64,000 bases of DNA from Hemiscyllium ocellatum (Eukaryota). Location of the stretch: assembly GCF_020745735.1 (NCBI RefSeq), contig NC_083407.1, positions 48,289,857 to 48,353,856 on the forward strand. The letters run 5' to 3'. Of the stretch, positions 1-12,399 are shown one piece after another. Every line of letters begins with the position of its first letter. Position 1 is the stretch's first letter. The notes under the pieces are model-generated. The model ran no database searches. It had not been told where the DNA came from and worked only from the letters and a program-made list of their open reading frames with translations. The translations under genes were made by a program, and so were the position numbers.

Positions 1-2523
1 TTGATTGGAACCTGCTTCGAGCAGAAGATTTGAATGGAGCTGTTTTTGTAAGGTGTGTTCAGGAGGATTTCCTAACTCAGTACGTTGACCGGCCAACGAG
101 GGGAGAGGCCCTTCTAGATTTAGTGCTTGGAAACGAGCCGGGGCAGGTATCAGATCTTGTGGTGGGAAAGCATTTTGGTGATAGTGACCACAACTGCCTC
201 ACATTCTACATAGCTATGGAGAAGGAGAGGATTAGGCAAAATGGGAGGATATTTAATTGGGGAAGATGAAACTATGATGCAATTAGACATGAGTTAGGAA
301 GCATAGATTGGGAGCAATTGTTCCATGGTAAAGGCACTATAGACATGTGGAGACTGTTTAAGGAACAGTTGTTGCAATGATGAATAAATATGTCCCTCTG
401 AGACAGGCAAGAAGTGGTAAGATAAAGGAACCTTGGATGATGAGAGCGGTGGAGCTTCTCGTCAAAAGGAAAAAGGTAGCTTACATAAGGTGGAGGAAGC
501 TAGGATCAAGCTCAGCTCTACAGGATTACAGGCAGGCGAGGAAGGAGCTTAAAAATGATCTGAGGGGAGCCAGGAGGGGGCACGAGAAAGGCTTGGCAGA
601 ACGGATTAGGGAGAACGCAAAGGCATTTTACACTTATGTGAGGAATAAGAGAATGGTCAAAGAAAGAGTAGGGCCGATCAGGGATAGCATAGAGGACTTG
701 GGTATGGAGTCTGAGGAGGTAGGGAAAGCCCTAAATGAGTTTTTTGCTTCTGTCTTTACGAAAGAAACAAACTTTGTAGTGAATAAAACCTTTGAAGAGC
801 AGGTGTGCATGCTGAAAGGGATAGAGATAGAGGAAGCTGATGTGCTGAAAATTTTGTCAAACATTAAGATTGACAAGTCGCCAGGCCCGGACCAGATTTG
901 TCCTTGGCTGCTTTGGGAAATGAGAAATGCAACTACTTCGCCACTTGCGAAGATCTTTGCATCCTTGCTCTCTACTGGAGTCATACCTGAGGACTGGAGA
1001 GAGGCAAACGTAATTCCTCTCTTCAAGAAAGGAAATAGGGAAATCTCCGGCAATTACAGACCAGTAAGTCTCACGTCTGTCGTTTGTAAGGTGTTAGAAA
1101 GGATTCTGAGGGATAGGATTTATGACCATCTGGAAGAGCATGGCTTGATTAAATGCAGTCAACATGGCTTTGTGAGGGGCAGGTCATTCCTCACAAACCT
1201 TATCAAGTTCTTTGAGGATGTGACTAGAAAAGTTGATGAGGGTCGAGCTGTGGATTTGGTGTATATGGACTTCAGCAAGGCATTTGATAAGGTTCTCCAT
1301 GGTAGGCTCATTCAGAAGGTCAGGAGGAATGGGATTCAGGGGAACATAGCTATCTGGATACAGAATTGGTTGGCCAACAGAAGACAGCTAGTGGTAGTAG
1401 AAGGAAAATATTCTGCCTGGAAGACTGTGGTCAGTGGTGTTCCACAGGGCTCTGTCCTTGGGCCTCTACTGTTTGTAATTTTTATTAATGACTTGGATGA
1501 GGGGATTGAAGGATGGGTCAGCAAGTTTGCAGATGACACAAAGGTTGGAGGTGTCGTTGACAGTTGGCTGTTGAAGGCTGCAGCGGGACATTGACAGGAT
1601 GCAGAGATGGGCTGAGAGGTGGCAGATGGAGTTCAACCTGGATAAATGCGAGGTGATGCATTTTGGAAGGTTGAATTTGAAAGCTGAGTACAGGATTAAG
1701 GATAGCATTCTTGGCAGTGTGGAGGAACAGAGGGATCTTGGTGTGCTGGTACATAGATCCCTTAAAATGGCCACCCAAGTGGACAGGGTTGTTAAGAAAG
1801 CATTTGGTGTTTTGGCTTTCATTAACAGGGGGATTGAGTTTAAGAGTCGTGAGATCTTGTGTGAGCTCTATAAAGATTTGGTTAGACCGCATTTGGAATA
1901 CTGTGTTCAGTTCTGGTCAGCCTTTCCTGATGAAGGGCTCTGGCCCGAAATGTCAAATTTCCTGTTCCTTGGATGCTGCCTGACCTGCTGTGCTTTAACC
2001 AGCAACACATTTTCAGATCAGTTCTGGTCACCCTATTATAAGAAAGATGTGGATGCTTTGGAGAGGGTTCAGAGGAGGTTTACCAGGATGCTGCCTGGAT
2101 TGGAGGGCTTATCTTATGAAGAGAGGTTGACTGAGCTCGGACTTTTTTCATTGGAGAAAAGGAGGAGAAGAGGGGACCTAATTGAGGTATATAAGATAAT
2201 GAGAGGCATAGATAGAGTCGATAGCCAGAGACTATTTCCCAGGGCAGAAATGACTAACACGAGGGGTCATAGTTTTAAGCTGGTTGGAGGAAAGTATAGA
2301 GGGGATGTCAGAGGTGGGTTCTTTACACAGAGAGTTGTGAGAGCATGGAATGCGTTGCCAGCAGCAGTTGTGGAGGCAGGGTCATTGGGGACATTTAAGA
2401 GACTCCTGGACATACATATGGTCACAGACATTTGAGGGTGCATACATGAGGATCAGTGGTTGGCACAACATCGTGGGCTGAAGGGCCTGTTCTGTGCTGT
2501 ATTGTTCTATGTTCTATGTTCTA
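1..2523 (+). mobile_element. CR1-clade (HER1-like) LINE, ORF2 from endonuclease C-terminus through RT to 3' tail; disrupted, cut by window edge
   Basis: ORFs 30-269, 377-1594 and 1599-2435 carry [47 protein letters not shown] and RPHLEYC. Tail (TGTTCTA)n at 2503-2523. One stop and two frameshifts. Confidence 0.97.
1920..2017 (+). mobile_element. PLE family A terminal (pLTR) fragment with hammerhead motif, inserted in CR1 ORF2
   Basis: 13-bp TSD TCAGTTCTGGTCA at 1907-1919 and 2018-2030. Sequence matches the termini of the GIY-YIG-bearing copies at 12400-13119 and 44202-46210. Motif CTGATGA-A-GGGC-TCTG-GCCC-GAAA-TGTC. Confidence 0.93.
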
Positions 2524-3192
2524 ACTTGTAGATTAGATACCAATGCAAATTGTCAACAACATAATTTAGTTGTATTGCCAGCAATTTTGGGCATGTAAAA
2601 GAATCAAATCTAACAATTAGTGCCACTAGAACTTTAATTATTTGTCTGAGCAACCTCGCTTTTGTTTTGTTAGTCTATTTACTGACTTGATTGTTCTCTA
2701 ATGTTGCCAAGACCTAGAAGAAATAGCTGGGCTATGTCATTTGGTACACTGAATACAATTGTACAGAAAGCTAGTGACTATATTTAAACACAAGTTTAAC
2801 CTAGCTGTTTAAAAATCAGTGATGGTACTGCAGAATCAAAATGGCGAATATTTCAGCAAAAAAAGATTTTAATTTAACACTCTTTAAAATTCATAATTTC
2901 TGATTATGACATTACCAAAGCAAAGAGGTAGGAAGATTTCAGAAAAAAGAGAAACAGATTGTTTTTGGGAAAACATGGCCTCAACTTTGGAAGGAGAGAG
3001 AGGGGACGTGTCATTCTAGGTGGTGTGGGATTGGTTGGGGTGGGGGGGAGGATGGGGGTAAGAATTGGGAGAGATGGAAGGTGGACACATCAGAGGCATA
3101 TGATGTGCTGCAAAATTTAACAGGAGGATTTCAATCTCATTATTTCCTGCTCAGGGGGAAATTTGACAGTCCAATTGACAGACTGACCACCT

Positions 3193-3340
3193 AGGAGATA
3201 GTGAGGAATGCAGATGCCCGAGAGTCAGAGTTGATAAAGCATGTCTCTGGAAAAAGCACCGAGGTCAGACAGTGTCCAAGAAGCAGAAGAGTTGACTCTC
3301 CTGCTCCTCGGATGTTGCCTGACCTGCTGTGCTTTTTCTA
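3193..3340. mobile_element. PLE family A inverted terminal cassette, degenerate
   Basis: Reverse-complement terminus followed by forward terminus, symmetry axis at 3293/3294. Degenerate 12-bp TSD GACTGACCACCT (3181-3192) / GATTGACCATCT (3341-3352). Confidence 0.85.
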
Positions 3341-3865
3341 GATTGACCATCTTCCAGGTGAATGGTGATGTGTCCAATGGTAGTAAAAGGCCATGGCTGA
3401 GGACTGTTCAGAATGCTTCCAAATAAACCAACAGTATCAAAGTTTGGCAGGAGGACCTTGGAACACAACCATTGGGAGGGGAGAAAAAGGCAAAAATTGG
3501 GGTCGGTCAATCTTGGTAGTGGTGAAAGGCTATAATCAGCGGTTGAGAGTCTGGAGGTAAATGGTTTTATTCCTCCTGGACAGGCAGTGTTTTAAAAAGG
3601 ACCTAACTGCTTAATCACTACTCAGATCTCTTTTTGGCTTCCAAAATTTCTTTGGGTAACCCAACTGACTGGCACTCCAGACATACCTTTCATTTCTGAC
3701 TGAAGACATTAAGATCAGTTGCAATGCTGCTATTTGCAAGGGTTGAAATGCAAGTTGGTTTTCAGATGACTGGAAATAGCTGAGTTATAGAGATGGCTAC
3801 TTTATTAAATACTGTGGCACAACATATTGCAACATATATCCAGGTCTCCTTAGCAGACTTAACAG

Positions 3866-4990
3866 ATTTCCAGGATCCACAGTAACTTGCTGTTGTATGA
3901 AGGAGAACATACCTTTCCTTTAGCAATAGCTTTGCAAGTGATCCTTATGATGAGATATGACCAGAAACTATGCAACAGCTGAAGCAGCAACAAAAGCAAG
4001 TTGAAAATCCACCAGGATGGGTATGGACCAACAATCTCCCAGCTTTCAAATAAAGTAGTATTTAATATCCTGAAACGAAACAAACTTTTTCAGCAAGCAG
4101 TGCATTTGTAAATCTAATTAGTTAATTATCTACTTTAGAAAAAAGAATACACCGCTGTCTTCATGAACATACTCTTGATAAGTTCACTACTTCACACAAC
4201 ACAACTAACACAGCAAGTCATTAATAGCAGCTTGCCTAATCCCCTTTTCACTCAGAATCAGTATCAATACTTCATTGTGTAGAATATATATCATTTAACA
4301 TTTCAATGTGCTGCAGTTTTTTGCTGTCCTTTAGTCTCCACCTGTACTATAAACTACATTTTGTAAAGATATGAGTAAAAATTATTTATGAAATAAAATT
4401 AACAAGTTTGTTAGTAAATTGGGGTCACTATTGTCAAGTTCTCACTAGGTAGGAATTAATGGCCTAAAGGAAACTTTCAATCTACTCTGAAAGTCCCTGG
4501 ATAGGACAATATTAAAATAATTTCAAACTGCAGATGACAGAAAGTAATGTAATTTATGGTTAATTAATTTGGCATTTTTAATTTGAACTTTCCTGTCTAT
4601 ATTTGTATAAACCTTTCCTTTGAAACAAGCTAGGTATCAAATACATTTATCTATAATTAGTTCTTTTGAAAACAAATTCTCTGTGCTCCAAAAAGCTTGT
4701 TACTTTATCTACTCGGTACAGCACCTTCAATAAATGGCTCATTGGCCGGTCTTTACATCCTTGGATTGATCTATGGTCCATTTCTCATCCTTATACTGCC
4801 CCTCAGAGACATCAGGGTGAAATGGTCCATATGCGAAATAAGCTCATTGCCATTTTGCTTGATTGCACAAGTTTTATTTTCCACTTGGCTTGGAAAATAT
4901 TGCCAAGATTTCCAATTTCAAACCAAATGCTAGTGGTTGTGAAACCAGGAAATGGGTCTCTTATACCATGAACTTCAGCAGATCATGATC
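3866..4990 (+). pseudogene. Decayed FN3-like exon remnants
   Basis: [10 protein letters not shown] (3887), AEAATKA (3978), GWVWT (4015), TAPSINGSLAGLYIL (4718) and SGCETRKWVSYT (4932) resemble usherin-type FN3 motifs (W.PP..NG....Y.L; GC..S.WV...T). Frame changes are required. Confidence 0.5.
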
Positions 4991-5029
4991 TGGCATTGTG
5001 AGAAATGGATTCTTGATTCATTTAGTCGG

Positions 5030-6100
5030 GGTCCTAGTGCAATCTTTCACACCAATAACCCAAATATATCAGCACAGCTTCCATATATGTGCTGATGATG
5101 CCCACCTATATCTCTCCATCATCTACTCCAATTTCTCCACTGCCTCTGTTTGTCAAATTTCTTTAACATGCAATATTTGGATTAGCTAAAGTTTTCTTGA
5201 CCTGAAATCTCAAGTGATTGAAGCTGGCATTCCTTCATTTGAACCTCAAGCCCTTGTTACTGATTTTATCTTTGCCAGTCGCTATGATAGGTAACTAAAC
5301 TGTGTCATCATCTGGATGTAAGTTTGCTTGCTGAGCTGGAAGGTTCATTTCCAGATATTTCATCACCCTATTAGGTAGCATCTTCAGTGAGCCTCAGGAG
5401 AAGCATTGCACATGATTCCTACTTTCTATTTATATGTTTGGGTTTCTTTGGCTTGGTGACATCACTTCATGTGATGATGTCATTTCCTGCGGTGATGTCA
5501 TTTCCGGTTCTTTTTCTCAGTGGGTAGTAGATGGGGTCTAACTCGTTGTGTTTGTTGATAGAGTTCCGGTCTATTGTGTCATCCTTTCTATTGCATTTGA
5601 TACCGAACTGAGATTTCAAGCCCAAGTGTTCTCTACCACATAGACCATCAGTCCCTCACTACAAGACTTGCCATATCCACCCCCAACTCAACTCAATTAT
5701 TGTTGTCATTCTCAACTACCCATTTCTTAAACTTCAGATCATCCAAATCTCAGTATCTATATTCCCCAGCTCCCAAATAACTATCACACAATATATTATT
5801 TGCCCATACAGCGTCCATCCCTGCAATGTCACACTTTTGACATTTTCATTGTGCTTTTTGAATTTTTTCATTACCTTGCTGATATATCTCCCTTTCTCTA
5901 CAATAATCTCATTGAACTTAGTACTCCTACTCAGGTTTATTGTTCATCATACCTTTTGTCTAATGATCGTAGCTGCAGTTTGAACTGCTCAGGTCTCATG
6001 AACTGGAATTCTCCCTCTGTTACCTTGTCACTAATCTGTACTCCCTTCAGATGCCCCTTACAGTTCAATTCTTTGAGCAAGCCTTTGGTTGCCCCTCGTA
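5030..6100 (+). mobile_element. Old L2-like LINE 3' remnant, interrupted by a PLE
   Basis: HSFHICADDAHLYLS (ORF 4998-5189) resembles the L2 YADDTQLYLS motif; degenerate downstream. Confidence 0.6.
5310..5574 (-). mobile_element. PLE family C (Penelope/Poseidon-like) 3' fragment with decayed hammerhead
   Basis: 9-bp TSD TGTGTCATC at 5301-5309 and 5575-5583. Minus strand encodes NSINKHNELDPIYYPLRKR (GIY-YIG C-terminus-like), then CA-CTGAAGA-stem-GAAA-TATC-TG at about 5350-5391. Confidence 0.75.
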
Positions 6101-6109
6101 AAATGTCAA

Positions 6110-7851
6110 GTCTGGAGGTATCAACACTACAAAAGCAGATGAGCTGAAGCATAGCAGAGCCAGGTGACATTACAGAGGTAGATATAAGTGAGGCTGCAAA
6201 TTTGTGGTCAAAAGCTCATCTACCAAACCTGACACCAACTTGTTTTTTCAACCAGTGGAAAAATGCCAGGAAGAAGGATGAAGTCAGTGTCAAGCGGCAA
6301 GAAGTTTTGGTTGGTAGCGTAAGCAATCTTTATCTGAAGGAAATTTCTGCATGTCCAGTATCAGGTATTAGGTAAGCAGTCTGATAATTCAAAGGTAATG
6401 GAGATCTTTATAGGCATGAAGATGAATCAGAGCTGGGTATTGTCAGTGTTTAGATCAAAAAGGGCAATGTGCTTTTGGATGATGCTATGGATGGACAGCA
6501 TGTAGATGAGGAGTAAGAAGAGGCCAGTCAGCTGGATCAGAATGTAGTGACTCAAACATAGAGTGCCAGAAACGGAGGCCATAGATTTAATGTTCACTGA
6601 TCTGGATAGGTCAGTGGATTTGGATATTGTCAGTCATTAGAAAGGATTAAGGGAGCCAAGAGCTGTTTTTTGAGAAAATGTTTGATGGTGGGAGATTCGA
6701 AGGAGACCGACAGTACCTAAAAAAAGAGAAAAGTTCACAATATGGGGATATGGAACGGAAGTGAAAAGTCAACGGTTTAGTGAGGACAACATCAAGAGGA
6801 CATGAAATGGGTTTCATGTAAAAAATAAGCTCAAGATAACAGAGAAACTCAAAATGTGTTGGGTTCAGGGCTCAGGTAGAGGAAGCATAAAGAATGTTTA
6901 ACCCAACATGTTTTGGAAGGCAAGTGAAGAAACAGCTGATCAGATATCTCAATCATTGTGAAGTTTCTTACCCTTAATGTTATAGCTGAGAGTGAAAGAG
7001 GTATTGAGTATTTAAGAAGATGGTTTGTTGTAAAGATGTCAGCAGTTATGTTTGTGTTCCAGGGTGATGATGCAAGATGGGACCTTTCAAGCTTGCGTTT
7101 GAGAATGTAATAGAATGAAAATGAGGGCTGTACCTGGGAAACAGTCAGGTTGAAAAAGACAGTGATGGTTTTAATAGGGATCAGGGCTTCAAAGGAGACG
7201 TGAGGGTAAGATTGAATGTATTGGAGCTGCAGAAATACTACAGTGAAAAATAACCACAGATTCAGGAGGATTTTCCTAAGTACAGTTACAAATGAGTTGG
7301 AAAGTTTATTTCTGAGCTGGACACAGAAGGAAATGTAGCTGGGAGGAGGAAGGAGGATGTTGGTATAGAACAATAGAAGGAAGAGTTAAGGGATAATTTT
7401 ATCTATGATTGATATGATGTGATTAGCAAGGCCACATAAAAGGGCAAGGTCAGACAAATGGGCATGACTATGGATCAGGAAGTTTACATGGAGGGGGAGG
7501 GTAAGGCAGCATAGGAACTCCAAGGAGAAAGGACATGAGATTGAAATTACTGAGAATGTGAAGACACTTAGTGGAACTTTTGAGGAAGGAAAGCAGTGAA
7601 GATATTGTGGTCAGAAACATTTTATTATGCTTAGTTAAATGAGAGGTGAGAGAGTGGAACAAACTGAAAAACACTGTAGCTGCCAGAAACTAAGAAAGTG
7701 GATAAAGTACGGCTTTAGTGAAGAAATCATCTGGGCAGGCCAAGGGGGTGGGCTTCTACTGGCAGACAGTGGCATGATCCCATATCCAGGTTTCATTTAA
7801 AGCTATGATATTGAAGCAATTAGCCACATTGAGTTCATGGATAACAAAGGC
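6110..7851 (-). mobile_element. Old L2-like LINE (EN-RT), degenerate; continues at about 10218-10262 beyond the CR1 insertion
   Basis: Minus strand reads [11 protein letters not shown] (AP-endonuclease ETW motif). The upstream LQNVSIL motif lies on the far side of the CR1 at about 10225-10260. Confidence 0.65.
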
Positions 7852-10217
7852 ATGGATATTGGATTTGGTTCTAGGTAATGAACCAGGCCAGGTGTTAGAC
7901 TTGGAGGTAGGTGAGCACTTCGGGGACAGTGACCACAACTCGGTGACTTTTACTTTAGTGATGGAGAGGGATAATCGTGCGCCGCAGGGCAAGAGTTATA
8001 GCTGGGGGCAGGGAAATTATGATGCAGTGAGGCATGACTTAGGATGTGTGGATTGGAAAAACAGGCTTCAAGAGAAGAACACTAATGAGATGTGGGGATT
8101 GTTCAAGGAGCAGCTACTGCGTGTCCTCGATAGGTATGTACCAGTCAGGCATGGCGTAAAGGGCCTTGTGAGGCAGCCGTGGTTTAATAAGGAATTGGAG
8201 TCCCTTGTGAAAGGGAAGAAGGCGGCATATGTAAAGATGAGGCATGAAGGTTCAGTAGGGGCGATTGAGAGTTATAAGGTAGCCAGGAAGGAGCTAAAGA
8301 GGGAGCTAAGAGAAGCGAGAAGGGGACATGAAAAGTCTTTAGCTGGTAGGATTAGGGAAAACCCAAAGGCTTTCTATAGGTATGTCAAGAATAAAAGGAT
8401 GACTAGGGTAGGTATCGGTCCAGTCAAGGATAGTAGTGGGAAGTTGTGTGTGGAGGCGGAGGAGATTGGAGAGACATTAAATCAGTACTTTTCATCAGTA
8501 TTCACTCAGGAACAGGACACTGTTGCTGATGTGAATATGGAATCACAAATAATTAGAATGGATGCCCTGGAAATATGCAGGGAAGAGGTTTTGGGAATAT
8601 TGGAAAGGATGAATATAGATAAGTCTCCTGGGCCTGATGGCATTTACCCCAGGATCCTATGGGAAGCTAGGGAGGAGATAGCAGAGCCATTGGCCTGGAT
8701 TTTTATGTCGTCATTGTCAACGGGAATAGTACCAGAGGACTGGAGGATAGCGAATGTGGTCCCATTGTTCAAGAAAGGGAGTAGGGATAGCCCTAGTAAC
8801 TATAGGCCAGTGAGTCTGACTTCAGTGGTGGGCAAAGTCTTAGAGAGAATGGTAAGGGATAAGATTTATGAACATCTGGGTAGGAATAACGTGATCAGGG
8901 ATAGCCAGCATGGTTTTGTGAAGGGCAGGTCGTGCCTCACAAACCTTATTGAGTTCTTTGAGAAGGTGACTAAGGAAGTGGACGAGGGTAAAGCAGTAGA
9001 TGTTGTGTATATGGATTTTAGTAAGGCGTTCGATAAGGTTCCCCATGGTAGGCTAATGCTAAAACTACGGAGGTATGGCATTGAGGATACATTAGAGGTT
9101 TGGATTAGGAATTGGCTGGCTGGAAGGAGACAGAGGGTAGTAGTTGATGGATTATGTTCATCTTGGAGCGCAGTTACTAGCGGTGTACCACAAGGATCTG
9201 TTTTGGGACCATTGCTTTTTGTTATCTTTATAAATGATCTAGAGGAAGGACTTGAAAGCTGGGTAAGCAAGTTCTGAGATGCTGCCTAACCTGCTGTGCT
9301 TTGACCAGCAACACATTTGCAGCTAAGCAAGTTTGCGGATGACACAAAAGTCGGTGGAGTTGTGGATAGTGAGGAAGGAAGTGGTAGGTTACAGCGGGAT
9401 ATAGATAAGTTGCAGAGCTGGGCGGAAATGTGGCAAATGGAATTCAATGTAGCTAAGTGCGAAGTCGTTCACTTTGGTAGGAATAACAAGATGATGGATT
9501 ACTGGGCTAATGGTAGGCTACTTGGTAGTGTGGATGAGCAGAGGGATCTTGGTGTCCATGTACACAGATCTCTGAAAGTTGCCACCCAGGTAAATAGTGC
9601 TGTGAGGAAGGCATATGGTGTACTGGGCTTTATTGGCAGAGGAATTGAGTTCCGGAGTCCTGAGGTCATGTTGCAGTTGTATAAGACTCTGGTGAGGCCT
9701 CATCTGGAGTATTGTGTGCAGTTTTGGTCGCCATACTATAGGAAGGATGTGGAAGCTTTAGAACGAGTGCAGAGGAGGTTTACCAGGATGTTGCCTGGAA
9801 TGGTAGGAAAATCTTATGAGGAAAGGCTGAGGCACTTGGGGCTGTTCTCATTGGAGAAGAGAAGGTTTAGGGGAGATCTGATAGAAGTGTATAAGATGAT
9901 TAGGGGTTTAGATAGGGTAGATACTAAGAACCTTTTACCGCTAATGGAGTCAGGTGTTACTAGGGGACATAGCTTTAAATTAAGGGGTGGTAGGTATAGG
10001 ACAGATGGTAGGGGTAGATTCTTCACACAGCGGGTTGTGAGTTCATGGAATGCCCTGCCCCTATCAGTGGTGAACTCTCCTTCTTTATGGTCATTTAAGC
10101 GGGCATTGGATAGGCATTTGGAAGTTATTGGGCTAGTATAGGTTAGGTAGGATTCGGTCGGCGCAACATCGAGGGCCGAAGGGCCTGTACTGCGCTGTAT
10201 CCTTCTATGTTCTATGT
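7852..10217 (+). mobile_element. Young 5'-truncated CR1 (HER1-like) LINE, ORF2 nearly intact
   Basis: ORFs 7805-9277 and 9317-10141 are in the same frame with all RT motifs. Tail TTCTATGTTCTATGT. Probable TSD AAAGGC at 7846-7851 and 10218-10223. Confidence 0.97.
9274..9323 (+). mobile_element. 50-bp PLE family A terminal fragment inserted in CR1 RT
   Basis: 10-bp TSD TAAGCAAGTT at 9264-9273 and 9324-9333; GATGCTGCCTAACCTGCTGTGC matches the family A terminus. Confidence 0.9.
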
Positions 10218-10299
10218 AAAGGCCTTTTTACAAGTATACTGACATTCTGAAGGTACAGTGACTTGTGATGGGATACCAGTCTCTGTGGAGTTATTTCAG

Positions 10300-10473
10300 C
10301 ACATTAGCAACTTTTAAGGCATTTCTTGATAGACACATGAACAGGAGGTGAAAAGATGGAGAAAAACTTCGTATGGGCAATAAGTAACAGGTCTAAGTAA
10401 GGATTAGGAATCGGCACAGGTTTGGTGGGCTGAAGGGCCTGTGCTGTATTGCACTACTGTATATTGTATTGTA
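10300..10473 (+). mobile_element. CR1 3'-end fragment
   Basis: TFKAFLDRHM-like ORF end and conserved GGGCTGAAGGGCCTGT 3' UTR motif. Confidence 0.75.
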
Positions 10474-10869
10474 CTTAAAGAGGAATAAGACAACGAGGGA
10501 AAAGAAAAACATTCAGGAATTTCTGGTCAATAGATCACTATCAGAATCTGTTTAGAACATTTAGCAAGGCTTTGTATATGTAATGCAGTGCGTGCTTGGG
10601 TGTTTTACCCTACCTATTCTTGTGAAATTTTAAGACACTTCTGAATAAAACTGATGTCCACTGTTCGACACAATTTGTATACACATAGGCAGCAATAAAA
10701 CTGCACAACATTTTCAAAAGTTTGGATAGTTGTTATTCAATTTATTAGAAACAGTTCCTCTTCCTATTTCCTAACACCTTCACTCCCCTCAGTTGAAGAG
10801 TCTCACATAGTTCACTGTTTGTATGGTAAATACCATGGTCATTAAATGTAAAGTGACTTGAAGATTATT

Positions 10870-11190
10870 AAAAATAATCCAGAGTCTGAGCCTAAAGTTC
10901 TCGGGACAAAGGTTCAAATCCCACAATGGCACATGATGATAGTTGAATTCAATAAAGTCTGTGATTAAAAAGTACGCCAGTCTACTGGTGACCATGTAAC
11001 CATTGCTGACTGTCATAGAAAAATCTGGTTCACTAATGTCCTTTAGGGAAGGACATCTATCATTCATATCTTATCAGGTATACTTATGATCATAATAATG
11101 TGGTTGGCTCTTTACTACCCTCTGAAATAGCCTAAAAAGCAAATAAGTTCAAGGGAAACTAGTGATAGGCAACAAATGTTGGCATTGCCA
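10870..11190 (+). mobile_element. Old tRNA-derived SINE with LINE-derived tail
   Basis: B-box GGTTCAAATCC at about 10911-10921. The 3' part resembles the LINE tail at 36720-36810. A related copy lies on the minus strand at about 57020-57260. Confidence 0.6.
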
Positions 11191-11295
11191 ATTTTCACAT
11201 ACCATAAGATTTACTCAAGAAACAATGGTCCAATCCTGCAAAGAACTAGATCATATGGCTGATTTGGAAACAATCAAATACCCATCACATAGGAT

Positions 11296-11391
11296 ATCAC
11301 CTGATGAAGGAGCAACCCTCCGAAAACTAGTGTGCTTCCAATTAAACCTGTTGGACTATAACTTCGTGTTGTGTGATTTTTAACTTTGTAT
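11296..11391 (+). mobile_element. PLE family B solo terminal fragment with hammerhead motif
   Basis: CAC-CTGATGA-A-GGAG-CAACC-CTCC-GAAA-AC-TA-GTG followed by the same tail as 13366-13452 and 61502-61592. Confidence 0.88.
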
Positions 11392-11989
11392 AAGGACAGA
11401 TCTGGTAATGTCAGACCTTTGTCAAAGTAAAGAGAGGGTCCCAGAGGACTGGAAAATTTCTAATGCAACTTCCTGTTTAAGAAGGGAGTAAGTCAAAAGA
11501 TGGGAAATTACAAGTCGATTAGCCTTACCTTGGTCGTTGGTAAGATTTTGGAGACCATTTGAAGGATGAGATTTCTGTATACTTGGAAGTGCATGGTAAA
11601 ATAGGGCAAAGTCAACATGGTTTCATCAACACCTCCCACCTTGTACATGGCAGGTACTCATGTGACTCAGCCAACATTGTCTATCTTATACGTTGCAGGC
11701 AAGGATGCCCGGAGGCATGATACATTGGGGAAACCGAACAAAGGCTACGACAATGGATGAATAGGCACCGCACAACAATCGACAGGAGGGTTCCCTCCCA
11801 GTTGGGGAACACTTCAGTGGTGCAGGACATTCAGCCTCGGACCTTCGGGTGACCATCCTCCAAGGTGGACTTTGGGACAGGCAGCAGAGGAAAGTGGCCA
11901 AGCAGAGGCTGATAGCTAAGTTCGGTACCCATAGGGAGGGCCGCAACCGAGAACTTGGGTTCATGTCACATTACAGGTGATCACCATTG

Positions 11990-12225
11990 CACTACACACA
12001 CACACAGATATTCCTACACACACACACTCTCACATACACATGGACACAGGTACACACAGGCACCCACACACACCCTTATAGACACACACACTTCCACGCT
12101 CACACATGCACCCCCTCGCCGACTTAAGACACTCTGTATCCACCACAAACACACACATTCTCACACTCACAACCCCCACCCCAGACAGACAGACACACAC
12201 AGACAAAGACCCACATGCATACATA
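11990..12225 (+). repeat. Degenerate (CA)n/(CAGA)n simple-repeat tract inside the PLE-B 3' UTR
   Basis: Repeated ACACAC and CAGACAGA runs. Confidence 0.85.
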
Positions 12226-12399
12226 TATTTTGTGTGGTGAATTTTTATTGCAGAGTTACATTGCACTTTGCTCAAAAACTGCATATATTCATGTAGAACT
12301 CTGAGCTCAAAAACTGCATGAATTTATGTAAAACACTGTTATCTCACTTTTTAGATTAGAATCAATTTAAACATCAGGTCATAGACAGAGAACACAGGG

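Noticed and set aside
634-1892. Antisense ORFs over CR1 ORF2 (also 8840-9270 and 33396-33785)
   Set aside because: Shadow ORFs of reverse-transcriptase coding sequence.
4697-4933. Hydrophobic ORF (GLYILGLIYGPFLILILPL) suggesting a membrane protein
   Set aside because: Non-ATG start and no gene context; the N-terminal part is better explained as a frameshifted FN3 remnant.
11955-12296. His/Thr-rich ORF and the antisense Cys/Val-rich ORF
   Set aside because: Translation of (CA)n microsatellite.
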